Shown here in pieces: positions 12,121-25,359 of a DNA stretch of 64,000 nucleotides (its first letter is position 1; each line of letters starts with the position of its first letter). Below the pieces are notes generated by a model. That model saw only the letters and a list, made by a program, of their open reading frames with translations, had not been told where the DNA came from and ran no database searches. The position numbers and the translations under genes are program-made. The DNA comes from Camelus dromedarius. Lineage: Eukaryota. The stretch is taken from positions 31,932,001-31,996,000 of the forward strand of contig NC_087437.1 of NCBI RefSeq assembly GCF_036321535.1, given 5' to 3'.

Positions 12121-12639
12121 CATTATTGAAAGGCTGAGTAGGGATCAAATATTTGACGTGTCCTTTGGTCTCTTAGCTGGTTTGAGTTTTGGCTGGTATC
12201 ACTTGGTTGAAGGATTTTTGGAGAATGAAAAAAGTCCCTTTAATAGAACCACAGTAAAGTCAGCCTTGATCATCGCGGCCTGGGGCGCCAGGTAGGGTTG
12301 AGGATATTGGCTCAGGGATGAGGCAGAGCAAAAGGCTCTTTCTGGGTCCCTGATCAGATCAGCCTTGGTTAGACCTACCTGTTCTTTTGGCTCTGTGGGG
12401 TAAACTTCTGGAGAACTGAGAGTAGGTTTCACTTTTGTGTAATTGTGCCCTGGGGTTATTTGTAACCTCCTCTCCAGCTTTCTACTCCAGATAGCAGAGA
12501 GGTGATTGACTTGAATGTAAGCAAACTACCTGTCTGTGGTAATGCAATAAATAGGACATCAATAAGCATTTTTCTTCTTGGTGGTCACAAATCTGATTCT
12601 GTTCTTTCAGTTCAGGCATGTGATAGGCGAAAGCCTTAA

Positions 12640-12830
12640 AGATAACAAGTTAATACCTCACACAGCGCTTTGTTGATTTCAATGAGCCTCACAAAGTGTT
12701 TTTGAGGTCTATAACAATGGGTTTATTATCCTCAGTGAACAGATAAGGAAACTGGGACTCAGAGAGATTAAGTGGCTTGCCAAAATACACATGAATATTG
12801 GCATAGAATGAAGACCAGAATACCTGGCAT
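12640..12830 (-). mobile_element. MIR fragment
   Basis: ACAGATAAGGAAACTGGGACTCAGAGAGATTAAGTGGCTTGCC core. Confidence 0.7.
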
Positions 12831-15800
12831 TCCACTGTGTTATTAACACACACACACACATTTTTCCAGGTACTAGTGTAAATATGTGTGCATACGTAAA
12901 TGACGACGTCAAATGCATGTTAAGTAAGGTTGCCTGATTTAAAGTGAAAATCATGCTAATTGCAATTTTATCTTCTATTCCCTGCTTTCTCAGTTACTGT
13001 TAGAGATGTTCGAAAGAAAGTCAGAGATCAAATCAGCACTGTAGGTTAGATATTTGGGTTTCCACTCTCAAAGGCAGAATCTAGGTAATCTTTCAAGAGT
13101 TACTCTAGTCCTCTAATTTTATGTTTTAATTAAAAAAGTAGAACTCTATTTTAAAAATGTTTTCTTCATAAAATGACATAACTTTATAGCAGTTTTACAA
13201 GTTTATCATGCCTAATACAATTTATCCAGAAGGAGGCAGCATTTTACTATTAAATTGATGGTTCTGCAAAGATTCTAAGTGTTTTTTTTTTTTTTTTTCT
13301 TCTTCTTTCTTTAAAGTTGTAGACTACCTAATCACACACATCCAAAAACCTTTCCAGGCAATTGTTCTTGGGTATCACTAGAGCTTTGCATATTGAACAG
13401 TTATAAAATCCAAATCCTGCTCAGATTAAACACATCTAAAATTACAAATAGCATATATGGCAGCCAAATTCATTGGTAGGAATTATTTTTGCAGTAAAGA
13501 TACTGATCAAAATATAGAGTTGAACAGAAGATGGAGTAGAAGGGAAAATGAATGATTCAATATTTGCTAACTTATAGGAAACAGATATTTGATCAATAAG
13601 AGATCAACTTAAGAGAAAAAACTTCCAAATCATTCAGAAATAAGGATAATGAATTAGTTTTAATCATCTACCTAACTTTATAAATGTAACTTGCTTTTTC
13701 TTTCCTTGTGTTCCTAGAATCACAGGATCTTTAGGAGGGACCTTGAAATTTTATGAGACACATTTCAGCAATTGCTGGTCAGAATTCATTTCATCCATCT
13801 TGGGAAGTGAGTCCAACTGCTTTCAAAGAATTAGGAAGAAAGGGATTCTATCATGATAGGGGAAATTCAAGTATAAGAATGACAGTATGGCACGGGGAAC
13901 TTTTTCTCTTGCCCTGTGATGGACAGAAAAGGCCCAGAGCTAAGAAGAGTAATTGGGGTCTACCACTTTTTCCAAAGTTTTCCTAAGGGGCTGAGGAACT
14001 GGGCATCAGTCCCCACCTACACCCCCTGCCCCTTAACACCCAGTCCCTAGTCTATAAAAGAAGCCTGGGGAAGAGGAGGGTGGGTGATTCCTCTCCTTGC
14101 TATTAGGGAGGGATTTCTCCTGACTCGTATCACCAAGTGAAGAAAGAGGATCCAAGACAACGGCTTTTAGGATCAATTCCTGGTGACCTGTGGGTTTTGT
14201 CCAGAAATCTCACCGAGAGGGGATGAATTACTCGAGACTCTGTGGAAAGTCAAGAGAGCGAGAGGGAGTCGGGCACCAATTCCTCGAGCCTCTCAAATGC
14301 TCCCACATTTATTGTGTACAATCAAAGGAAAAATCACCAACAGCTGTGTCATGGAAGGTAGGTGATGGAGGAAAGACAGGATCGGATAGAGATTATAGAA
14401 TCAACAATGAGTACAAAGGCTTAATTTATCTTCAGAACAGACATGGGGAGAGGGGAACAAGGTAAATTCTTCGGACATAAGACGTTGATTACAAAACAAA
14501 CCACCAGACCAGCCAGTTCCTTGTCTTGGGGATTGTAGACTATCTAAAAAGCAGAAAGCATGCGCAGCGTTTATAGCTGAGGGCATTGGTCATCGCTTTG
14601 CAACGAGAAGAGTAAACCCTGAACTATGGACCTTTGCTTATGATAAACAAGACGTGTCCTGCATTTATAGCAGGGGACAAACAATGGCTTTGCCATTGGA
14701 AGAATTCCTAGGCTAGAACCTCAACTATGCAAGCAAGGCATTGTCTCTGCTTTTTACGGCAAGGAGACAGCAGTGAGGATGCACAGGCACCTGCTAGCAA
14801 AGCAGTTACTAAGCACATTTGTTCTTCTTAAAGGTCACAAGCTGCTGGGGTCTGTTACAATTTATTAACCCAACCATGGGCTCCCACAGCGACCTCTTCT
14901 TAGACAGCAGAGTTGCTGACTACCCATTCCTATCAGAGCAGATAAGATGAAAGCTGGGAAGAGCCGGCTGGCCAAGCAGAAGAGGTGACAGCGGAGCAGT
15001 GATCTTGCTCACCATTATGTGGCATGGCCAGGGTGTGAGAAGTTCCTTAGGACAAGAGGACACATAGAAGGGAGTTATCCTTGAGCCAGCTTGCTGTACA
15101 ACCCTCCGATCCCTCTAAGACTATGCACCATGGATGGGGGTATGTTACTGGGGCAGTGGAGGGGGTGGTGGGAGAGGTCCAGCTAGAGCTGAATCTTCCA
15201 ATGAGAAGATCTCTCTTGCTAATTTTCACACATGCTGAAGGCAGACTGTGGATGTTGGAAAACACACTCAGGCTCACTGCAGAAGCAGAGCAACCAACAG
15301 AGAGAGGGCTACAGCTCTTCCTTTCCTTCCCCTTCTTCCTGATTCCAACACTTGATGGAGCCAGGCTGGGAGAGAGAGGAGTGGGTGTTTCACAGCCAGG
15401 ACTCCCTCCAACCCCATCTCACTCTATGCAGTCAAAAGTTCAACTCATTCTGTCTCTGGAGCGGTGGGAGAGGGAAGAGATGGAATTTACACAAGAGTCT
15501 GAAACTGAAATTTTATACATTTTTTTTGAATAACCAAAGGTGAATAGAAAGTGAGGTAATTTGTCCAGGAATAATAGGAAAGGGAAATGTGGAATATGGA
15601 TGAAGCCAGGTACAATTCTAATGACCAATTCCAGTGCGTCTAGTTTCATCACATACAGACTGGGAAAACTTCAAAACATCTAAGAGAATCACAGTATCCA
15701 ATATGGAATCACCCAGGCAAGAAAGCAGAAATGGTTGAAGGTAGTGTTTAAACATAGACAGGATCAAATACAGAGTCCCAAGGATCCCTTGGCTTCTGTG

Positions 15801-15849
15801 TGATGTGGAAGGACCCAGAAGTTCTTGCTTGTCCTGATGAATGGATTGA

Positions 15850-16740
15850 AACCAGAGGCCTACTGTGGTAGCAATGAGTGGGACCCCCATGCAGGCTTCT
15901 TTCAGGCATGGCTAGAGGATGAGGTGGAGATAGACTCAGAGGATTTACTACAGAGGCTACAGTGGAGCTAGTTCATAGAGAAAAAGGCCCCTGAGACCTC
16001 CAGCTTTGCCAAAAGAACTGACCATGAATGTGTCTAGCAGGGTATGACCAGGTGGTACAGGGAACATCTCTGAGGAGGCCAGCCCTGGGGTCAAACCCTT
16101 CAGCTGCCCCCAAGGGTATGCAATCTCTGCCCTACCTGTAAGTCCCCATCTTGGGAGAAGGAAGGAACAGGAGAGGGGGAAACTCTTCGAGGGAGTTTGA
16201 ACTTCGACTGACTGCACATTTATCTGGGACTGTTTAAACCAAAGTGACCGACTGATTCTTAACTAGTAAGTTTTGTGTCTCTCTTATCCTGTCTCATCCT
16301 ACCATCTCAAAAAGTGGGAATGGGTCTATGATAGACTTCTGAGGCTGCCATAACAAAATACCACAGACTAGGTGGCTTGAACAACACAAAAGTATTGCCT
16401 CACCGTTCTAGAGGTTGGAAGTCCAAGATCAAGGTGCCAGTAGATTTGTTTCCTGGTGAGAATTCTCTTCCTGGCTTGCAGACAGCCACCTTCTCACTAT
16501 GTCCTCACATGGGAGAGAAAGAGGGCTCTGGCATCTCTCCCTCTCCTTACAAGGGCACTAATCCCATCATGAAAGCCCCACTCTCATGACTCAACTAAAC
16601 ACAACTATCTCCCAAAGGCTCCATCTCCAAATACCATCACATTGGAAGTTAAGGCTTCAACGTCTGAATTTGGGCGAGGGACACAATTCAGTCCACAGCA
16701 GTGGGCTTGTGAGGAGGTTTATATCATTTATAGAAACAGC
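15850..16740 (+). mobile_element. Ancient Gypsy-like LTR (MamGypLTR-like), interrupted by MLT1A
   Basis: GACTGTTTAAACCAAAGTGAC...AAGTTTTGTG and, after the MLT1A, GTGGGCTTGTGAGGAGGTTTATATCATTTATAGAAA resemble MamGypLTR1 from memory. Left boundary uncertain. Confidence 0.4.
16325..16700 (-). mobile_element. MaLR solo LTR (MLT1A0-like)
   Basis: GGCTGCCATAACAAAATACCACAGACTAGGTGGCTT...GGGACACAATTCAGTCCACAGCA with 5-bp TSD-like ATGGG/GTGGG. Confidence 0.9.
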
Positions 16741-16849
16741 ATGACCCCACAATCTTTTGATGTGCATAAATTATAGTGTGTCATTAAAAAACAAATTCTA
16801 CCTGAAGTTCTTTCAGTTCCCCATGTCCCCACAGTGGGAACAGTGTGTG

Positions 16850-17090
16850 CTGGGTGGAAAGACTGAAGGGGTGGAGGGAAGTGGAGGCGGGAGGAAGTAG
16901 AAAGAGGCTGGGAGGGAGAAAAAGAGAAAATTAGAGGGAGACAAAGAGGGAGGGAGGGAGTGATGTGGAGAAGGGGGAGAGAAGGAGGAAGGAGAGGCTT
17001 TTACAGGGAGAGGGACTCAGAGAAGATGGAAGTGGTGGAGTTTGCCAGAAGGACTGGCATTTGGTTGGGGGGGAGGAAGTAGAGAGGGTT
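16850..17090 (+). repeat. GA-rich (polypurine) low-complexity tract
   Basis: ~240 bp dominated by GGA/GAG/GGGA. Confidence 0.8.
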
Positions 17091-20000
17091 CTCAGGCAGT
17101 CTTGCTCTGTAACATTTGGAGTGACACCCTCCTGATTGCCTCAAGACCTTCTGTCAACAAACACACTCCTCTTCCCTCCCCTCTTTTACAGTTTCCAGTT
17201 TGATACTAGGGTGTGCTGGGACCTGCAGGATTCGGGGTTACATACTCTCCACGCGGTGCTGACCCAGACTGCAGACGAACAGGCCCCATTATGATGAAGT
17301 CTATCTTGTGTCTGATTCTGTGTGTTGTCATTTATGACATCCCTTCCTGTTTTGTCCTGTTGGAGAGCATTCTGCCCCTGACCTGTCAACAGCGATTTAA
17401 ACTGAAGTCTGACTGGGAAGCAGCCTCCCGATTTTTCTTCCCTCGCTGGAATAACCTCAGTCTCTTTCCTCTTTCTCCCTCGGTTGCTGGAGGCTTTCCC
17501 TCGGAGTCTTTTCATCGTCTTTAGCCTTCCTTGGGTTTGTCCTGTACTTCCTCAGCTAATTAGCCCGGAGTAGGATTAGCCAACACCACAAACAGAACGT
17601 GGCCTGTACGTCTGAGTCATGCTCTATGACTATGTATTTATTTCTTCAGGCTATTTGCTTAATTAAATAAAAGGCCAAATTTTAGTTATAATAATGCCAG
17701 TGATTTCAACTGTCTGCTGAGGTACTCTCACTCCTTCAGACTTAGATCTCTCTGCCTTTTGCAACAACATTGTCTGGAGGACACAGGTATTACATGGTTT
17801 TTTTTTTCTAGTAGTTTATTTTCAATGTAAAACCCTTAGTGACTATTTCAAAGTATGATTTATTAAAACATTTAGAGTACATGTTTACTTAAAACGAGAG
17901 AATTTTAAGTCTGTCATAAACATCTATTTTGGCTGATTACTTGCCTAATGAGGCGTAATATACAAAATGCTGAACATTCCATTCAACCATGTGGGACAAA
18001 CTGGGAATTCTGAAGGATTAAATTTCAGCCCAAGAAAATAGGAAAATTCCATACAATTAAGAGGAGACAGGAAGAAAGAAGTAGTAAGTTTGTAATTTTC
18101 TGGGAAAAAAATTAAAGAAGAATTTTTTTTTTCCTGTGTAGAAAGTAGGGGAAAGACTCAAAGAATTTTAAATATATTGCCTTTATCTCTCAGGGTAGAT
18201 TTTGTGGACCACTTTAAGGCTTGAAAATAGTGTTTGCAATAGCTGATTGGATTAGTTGTACTGAGGGCATCTTTCGTAGTCAAAGACTATCTGAAGATAA
18301 TACTCTTGAACATCACAGGACTTACCAAATACCTCAGTACTCGCAATCCCATGAAGTAACAGATGAGGTTTTAAAGGCTTTCTGGAGGCTGTGTTGAAAT
18401 TTTTTGGACAAGGTCAAAGGTATTTTGACATATCAAGTACTTAATTTTGTTTCTGATCAAAAGAATAGAAAAATAAAGCCATGCTTGAGAATGTGTTATA
18501 GGTGCAAAGTAAAGTGAAAATGTGAGCAAGGTAATTAAAATGCAAAATCTGAAATACTCATTTAAAGGCAAAAGTAAGTTCAGATTGAATCCTTTATTGA
18601 ATTGATTTGTTCTCTTTATGAAGAATCAGCCTCAAAACTAGGAAGTAATAAGATTAGAAATGTTTTTGTTATTTGTTTGCATCATTCTGGTGGCAGATTA
18701 TTTGAGCCTTACTTGAATGGTACCTAGCCCTTAGGGGATATTTGCTCTAAGTACCTACTTTGGCTGTTTTAATTTCTTTGACCCTTGCCTTATTTGTTTC
18801 CATTAATTCTCTTGTTCAAAATGGAAAGAGGATGGCTAGAAATGTGCTTTTAGTTCTCAACTTTGCCTATTTATTTTCTGAGTGTCAATGAACTCATTAG
18901 TCATAATGCAATCATTGGTGAGAGAGGACCAGGGATATGCATTGAGAAAGAAAATAAGAAGATGAGGGCACAGAGGGAAGATGGGACAGATTTACTTGTC
19001 AGTGCTGCTGTGGTTATATCAGATTCAGGAAGTGAAATTAACATGCCTGTGCCCAGATCACACACATCTGGTGGTATCTGTTTACCAACACCCAACACCA
19101 CAGAAATCATTAAGTCACCTGAAGGATGCATTACATTTTGAAATGTGTGACACAGGTGCAGTTCACCTACCCTGAGCCCCTCTTCTTCTGGTATGTAATT
19201 GTGTGTTTTCCATCCTTGTAAGCAGACCAGAGGTGACATCATACTTGAGGTGTAATCTACATGGTTGCTTAGCACTGAGGTGGAACATAGATAGTTCTGG
19301 AGAGTTGGACCCGAGGTCGGGAAGGGCAGTCTTGTAAGCACAGAAGAAAGGAGTATCAAACAGTGCACATATTTTGGGGAGCTTGACATTCTAATAAATC
19401 TTATCATAAATACCTACCATTATAATACTTTATATTTGTATAACAATTTTGGTCTAAATATCTTGGAGATTTTCCCAGAAAAAGCATTGCCATTATAGTT
19501 CTGTTTTTATATAAATAGGAATAGGGGATCGCAGGAATTAAAGTAACTTCTATGGTGTCATTTAATGCTAGATGAGGCTGGGAGTGGGTAAGAAGTATAA
19601 AAATCAGGCAGAAACGCATATAACAACGTTAGCCAAAATAAATCTGGAAATGTAATTCCAACAAGTCTTCACCTTATTTCATTTTTTGCCTCTTTCCTTC
19701 CTAACACCTCAAAATTCTTGTATTTCATTAAATTTGCTCTTAAGGATGTTGTAGAATCCAGTTTGTGAAATTTAGCCAGTATATTACCTCTTTTAGAGCT
19801 ACATTATATTTTAAGCCTTTTCTTTCTTTGTGAAAGATGAGCCTTGTCTGCAGTAAAAGGAATTTCAAAGTTAACAGAGGGTGACAAAACTTTTTTTTGG
19901 AAGTACAGTATCCTTTCTAGTACAGTTCTGCTTGCCTCATCTGTAAGTATTGATGGCTTTTGTCTGTAAATACCTCTTAATATAAGTAAGATACAAAAAG

Positions 20001-20202
20001 TCAGAAAGTCCTAGTTGAGTGGAAACTCATCAATTAACTTTGAGATGGTCATACTAGTAACAGAATTTTCTGGCCATTCCCTGACATAAGAAATCTTCAC
20101 TGATACGTTTTCTGGTAATATTGCAATAGCACATGTTACCGAGTTGGTAACAGTTTCTTCTTCCCCACTACCTCCTCCCCAAGAGTACTGGGAGAGACTT
20201 TT

Positions 20203-20323
20203 TTCCCAAGGATTTGTTGTTGTTGTTGTTGTTGTTAATGGAGGTACTGGGGATGGAACCTAGGACCTTATGCGTGCTAGGCACGCACTCTACCACTGAG
20301 CTACACCCTTTCCCCGCCCCTTT
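20203..20323 (-). mobile_element. tRNA-derived SINE (vic-1-like) with (TTG)n tail
   Basis: SINE body plus a perfect 12-bp TSD GGAGAGACTTTT (20191-20202, 20324-20335). Confidence 0.92.
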
Positions 20324-21779
20324 GGAGAGACTTTTAATTAAAGATAAAATAGCAAATTTGTAAAATAGAATATCCTAAACATTTAGACTATTTAAGCATA
20401 TTGTTTTAAAAGATTCTATTATATTTGTGAAAGATCACCCATATTCTATTTGGTAAAATAAAAAAGCAAATATTTGATTGAAGACAACAGCTGAGTTCAT
20501 GTTTTCAAGATCATCTATCTCCAAATCAAAATATAAATGCATTACGTTTGTTCCAAGGATTCGTCAGTTTCTGTATGATTTATTCTTGTTGACAAGGGCA
20601 AATACATTGAATTAAAGTTTTATATCAAACTTATGTCGTATAGGATTTAAAGTAAACCAGTCTGGATGACACATGGGCATGATGTAGAAAATCACTAATG
20701 AAAATAAGGTAGGATTCCAAGTGTACCAGATGTCTGTGTTTTTACATGTTATATATTTAAAAAAAGGATCTGTGATTTCATAAATCTAAGGCCTTGATTT
20801 GGCTTGAAGATTCTGATATTTTAATGAGCCTCCCAGACCCTCTCTTCATCATTTCTTGACTATCCCAAAGCCTCCACTTCTCCACTGTTGCCAGCCCTGG
20901 GTATGCTTGTACCCTAGACCTTGTTATCACCTGCAAGAGCTTTACCTCTGAATTTTTAATTCCTTTGGCTACAACCTTTTCTCCTTCAGTCTCCTCCGTT
21001 TCTCAACCCCTCTGAAATGATTCGTCTTTCCACCCCACCCCAGCACTCACCCATGTAGCCTGGGACAGGCTCATTCCAGAGTCTTGTTTCTATTTCTATG
21101 AATTTGGTTAATGTGAGCCAAAGTCACAGAGGTTGCTTCATACTCAGGGTATTGATAAAACCACATTTCTGGGTGTGCACATACAAAGGACAACTAGAAA
21201 CCACCTAGAAACACAAAACAGAAGGAAGGACAATGGAATAAGCTGAAGATATTAGAAGACAAGTCAGATGAAAGTTCACTCAACTTCCTTCCACCAAACT
21301 GTCAACCCATATATATCCATATTCATCATTTTCCTTTGTAAAAATGGGGGGTGGGAATCCTTCTTATTGTCTTATGCCACCTTGTGCAGTCACACCACGG
21401 GGGCAGTCAGCTCTGAGGTGACATTGCTCAGTCACAACTGGAGCCCTTCTTGGAATGACACCAGGTGCAATAACATTTTTCCTTCTGATCTTAGCTGGGC
21501 TTTCAATATTAGAAGCCAGGGGGAAGAGTGTGTGTGTGTCTACTGGGAGTTTTGGAGTCGTCCTTAGCTATCTCTAGCAGGCTCCTTTGTCCTTTCCCTA
21601 CAGCCGTCCCTGAGCTTTCTGCAGGATGCCTGCTCTGGCGTTTCCTTCTGGCATTGCCTGGTGAGGAGTTTGCCTGGAGGTCATGCTTCACTCCATAACC
21701 AGTACTCCAACTGGCTTACCCTATAATACTGACCCCGTATATGTCACCCTTTCTAAGAAATCCATACCTTTATGTCTTA

Positions 21780-21914
21780 TTTTTTATTTTTCTTTTTTAT
21801 TGAAGTGTAGTTGGTTTACAATGTTAGTTTCAGGTGTACAGCAAAGCTTTCAGTTTCTTTTCCATTACGGTTCATTATAAGAAACTGAATATAGTTTACT
21901 GTGCTATATAGTAG
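21780..21914 (-). mobile_element. Short L1 3'-end fragment
   Basis: TTTTATTGAAGTGTAGTTGGTTTACAATGTT...TGTGCTATATAGTAG. Confidence 0.75.
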
Positions 21915-21929
21915 CGTAACTTTGTCTTC

Positions 21930-22060
21930 TTTTTTTGTTAAGGGGGAGGTAATTAGGTTTATTTATTCATTTATTTATTTTTAATAGAGGTACTGCGATT
22001 GAACCCAGGACCTCAAGCATGCTAGGCATGCACTCTACCACTGTGCTAAACCCTCCCCCC
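21930..22060 (-). mobile_element. tRNA-derived SINE (vic-1-like)
   Basis: GAGGTACTGCGATTGAACCCAGGACCTC...CACTCTACCACTGTGCTA. Confidence 0.88.
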
Positions 22061-22549
22061 TCTATATCTTCTCATGCTTCTGCCATTTGCCTCCCAGATC
22101 AGGTCACGTCTACCCTCGGGAGAGGCATGACACAGCTGCCCCAACATCAATTTTACTCACTAATAAGAAATAAAAACTATTATTTAAACATTTTTGGAAT
22201 AAACATAAATACGTTAGGGGATAGAATGTAAAATCCTTTTGAACTTTAAATCTAGAACTATGAGAAAATTTCTCGTATAAGCTGGATGGAATTCTGGCTC
22301 TGCTCCTTGTTTGGCTTCCTTGGCCGTGTGGACACACAGAGGGGAGAGGTGAGGAGCTCTGCTGCTCTAACTTGCTCATCTGGTTAACTTGGACTTGTTC
22401 TGGCTGAGTCTTATACGGACCCTGTTCCAGCATGGTATCTTCTGATAGGCCATTCTGGATCCCTCTGGCTGGTGGAGATGCCTCTTTTCCATTCCCAGAG
22501 TCATACATAGTTTTCTTATGGCCTTTGCTTATGATTTTATTATTTAGTT

Positions 22550-23040
22550 ATTTAATAAACACATATAGCACTTACTAAGGGTAAGGCAATCTTCTAAGTG
22601 ATGAATATATTTTAATTCTCACAACCACCATATGAGGGAGGTGCTGTTTTGTGTATAATGTGTGTATGTGTTGTGACTGTACAGTTGACCCTTGAACAAT
22701 GTGGGGGTTAGAGATGCTGACCTTCCACACAGGTGAAAATCCACATATAATTTATAGTCAGCCATCCATTTCTCCAGTTCCTCTGTATCTGAGGATTTAT
22801 CATGGACTGTGCAGTATGGTAGTATTTACTATTGAAAGAAATTCCCGTGTAAGTGGATTTTTGCAGTTCAAACCTGTGTTGTTCAAGGGTCATCTGTGTG
22901 TGTATGTGCGTGTGCGTGTGCTTGTGTAGAAAACTGAGGCACAGAAGTCAAAGACTTTCACACAGCCACTACAAGCTCTAAGCCAGAGCCAGAATTTGAA
23001 CTCAGATATCTGACTTCTAAGTCACTATGTTTGCTGCCTC
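22550..23040 (-). mobile_element. MIR split by a MER8 insertion
   Basis: MIR pieces at 22550-22650 and 22925-23040 (GAAAACTGAGGCACAGAAG...AGCCAGAATTTGAACTCAG). Confidence 0.65.
22682..22896. mobile_element. MER8-like MITE (Tigger2 family, TcMar)
   Basis: Terminal inverted repeats CAGTTGACCCTTGAACAA (22682-22699) and TTGTTCAAGGGTCATCTG (22879-22896); TA on the left flank. Confidence 0.9.
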
Positions 23041-23956
23041 TTGCATTAATTGTTGGTTAACTTCTCTTCTTCCCTCGACTTTAACGGCCTTGAGGACAGA
23101 GTTTTATTTCTTTGTGTCCCTCCAGCCTAGCAAGGGGCCAGGAATGCAGTAACAGTGCAGCAAGTGTTGGATTACACTCTTTACAGAGAGGCTGGAGGTC
23201 ACTGGGACTGTGTGCCTGGGTCAAGTTTTACCACACTTAATCACCCCATCACCTTCTCTATGTAAACAGCCAGTGGCCTCTCACTGCTGGAGGAATTTTA
23301 AACTTATTTCATCCTGTGCTTAGCGGAACAGGTTGTGAAATTTTTATATAAAATAGCCTTTGACATTTTTCTAGAATATCTTAATTTCTTTGAACGACTG
23401 AGAATTGCAGGATTCTAGTCTCCCTCTGTACCCTATTTTTATGATTCTAGGAAGTTCGGTTTAGTTGTGCCTGTTCAAGCTCTGTGGACCTTGGGGAATC
23501 TACGTGCCAAGCTCTGAGAGTTCAGTCTGCATTACCTGCCCTAGAGCCCTGATGTCAGGGGTTGATTCCCCCCAAAAAACAAAAAATGACAGCTTTAGAG
23601 AATTTGGAAGTAGAAACAAATGCCATTACCTGCATTTTCCCTTGGAATCCTTCCTAAGTCACATCTCAGGCAGGTGGTTTGAGATCACAATTATATACTT
23701 CCTGTAAGCTGAAGCGTTTTGAAAACATACTTGTTGCAAATGGTGACTAATTAGAAATAAATTCACTGAATGCTAGCCCCACACAGGAGTAATCATCAGA
23801 GCTTAAGAAATCAAAATGATACTTGTCTTGGAAAATTTTTTCATGAGTATTAAGCTGGGGATTTTCCTTATTTTGTTTATAATAAAAATGAGGGCTTCGT
23901 ATTACAGCATATTCTGCCTCTCTTGAGGTCCTGGTTTCCCCTGGCTGGCCCCACCT

Positions 23957-24010
23957 TTCTCTCTCTCTCTCTGTTTCTCTCCCTCTCTCTCTCTCTCTTA
24001 CATATGCGTG

Positions 24011-24043
<33 letters not shown>
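23957..24043 (+). repeat. Compound microsatellite (TC)n-(CG)n-(CA)n
   Basis: Directly visible. Confidence 0.95.
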
Positions 24044-25359
24044 TTTTTGTTTCTATTTGGAATATTTTGAGAAAATGTGGTCTTCTTGCCATCAGTCCCC
24101 TTGCCAACATTTATTGACTCAATAAATATGGTAAATGCACTGTAATAATTTTTACCATTACCTAATGTGCATCTGATTTTTTTTCAAAAACTGGAAATAG
24201 TTACACATGGCTCTGTATGATCAGATAGTTAGAACTGTGTCAAAACTATTCTCTCTCCCTGTTTCCCTCCTACTCTTGCCTCTTCCTTCATCTCCAACTT
24301 TAAAAACAAGTCATGGATGTTTTTACAGTCAGAGAGTACCCTGAGGGAAGAAATAGTTCTATTTCCTCCTGAGGGCAATCTAGCAAATTCTGCTAACACT
24401 CTAAAAGGTGTGAATCAGTACAGCAAGGCCAAAGGGATCATGTGGTGCAATTCAGATCCTGAAGCAGTTACTCTGGTTAGAAATGGCTTTGCCACTAATT
24501 GCTCAAGGCATGTTAAGGGCTATGGGCTGCAAAGATGAGAAATAACAGGAATTTAGGGTAGCATATTTTAAATTACTTATGGAGTATTACCTGTGGTTTG
24601 TAGATAGGTGTGAAAAACATAACTGACAGAGCCACAGATCAATGCTTCACAGTTCAGTTAGAATGTGTATGCACGTATGTATACAGACATACATTTATAA
24701 TTTTTCTTACTCCCCAAAGGATTTAAGATTATTTACCAAAACATACATGATATAAAGAGATAAATAAAATAGAAAGCAAGTGGATGAGGGCAGCAGGCCT
24801 TTACAGGGTAGGAAAGATGCAGATGAAACTCGGAGTGGCCTTAGTACCTGCAGGGGGTGCTGGGAGGCTGGGTCTCTGCTCATGTCGGGCTCCATGGGCT
24901 CTTTGCTACATGTTGGGTTATATTTGCTCAGCAGCTGATATAGAGAGAGACGCAGGCCCAAAACCATTCCTGATATTAAGAACAAGAGGAACTTCTCAGA
25001 GGGGATAGTAAAATAATAAAGTCCTCAGCAACAACCCCCGAGAAAGTACAGTGATGAGTCTGATTTGGTTGCTCCCCAATGCTGGGTGCCCTAAGGCTGG
25101 CTGACACTCCTCCAGAAGTAGTTGTTTTTCATTTGTGGAGCTGCTTATAGTTTACCATGGCTCAGGAATCTTTGAGGAGGTAGGATGGCAAAATGCTACC
25201 ATTTTTCTAGATGAAGATAGGTGACGTTGGTTTGGCAGCTGATTTACAGTCAATGTAGAAGCAAAACAATTGCATATATATTTTTGTTCCCAGAAGTAAA
25301 TATACTTTTTAATTTCACTGAGTAGTTACAATTATTATTATTATTGCTTACTATCATTT

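Noticed and set aside
18901..19407. 168-aa minus-strand ORF
   Set aside because: No homology I recognise; the region is better explained as enhancer-like sequence.
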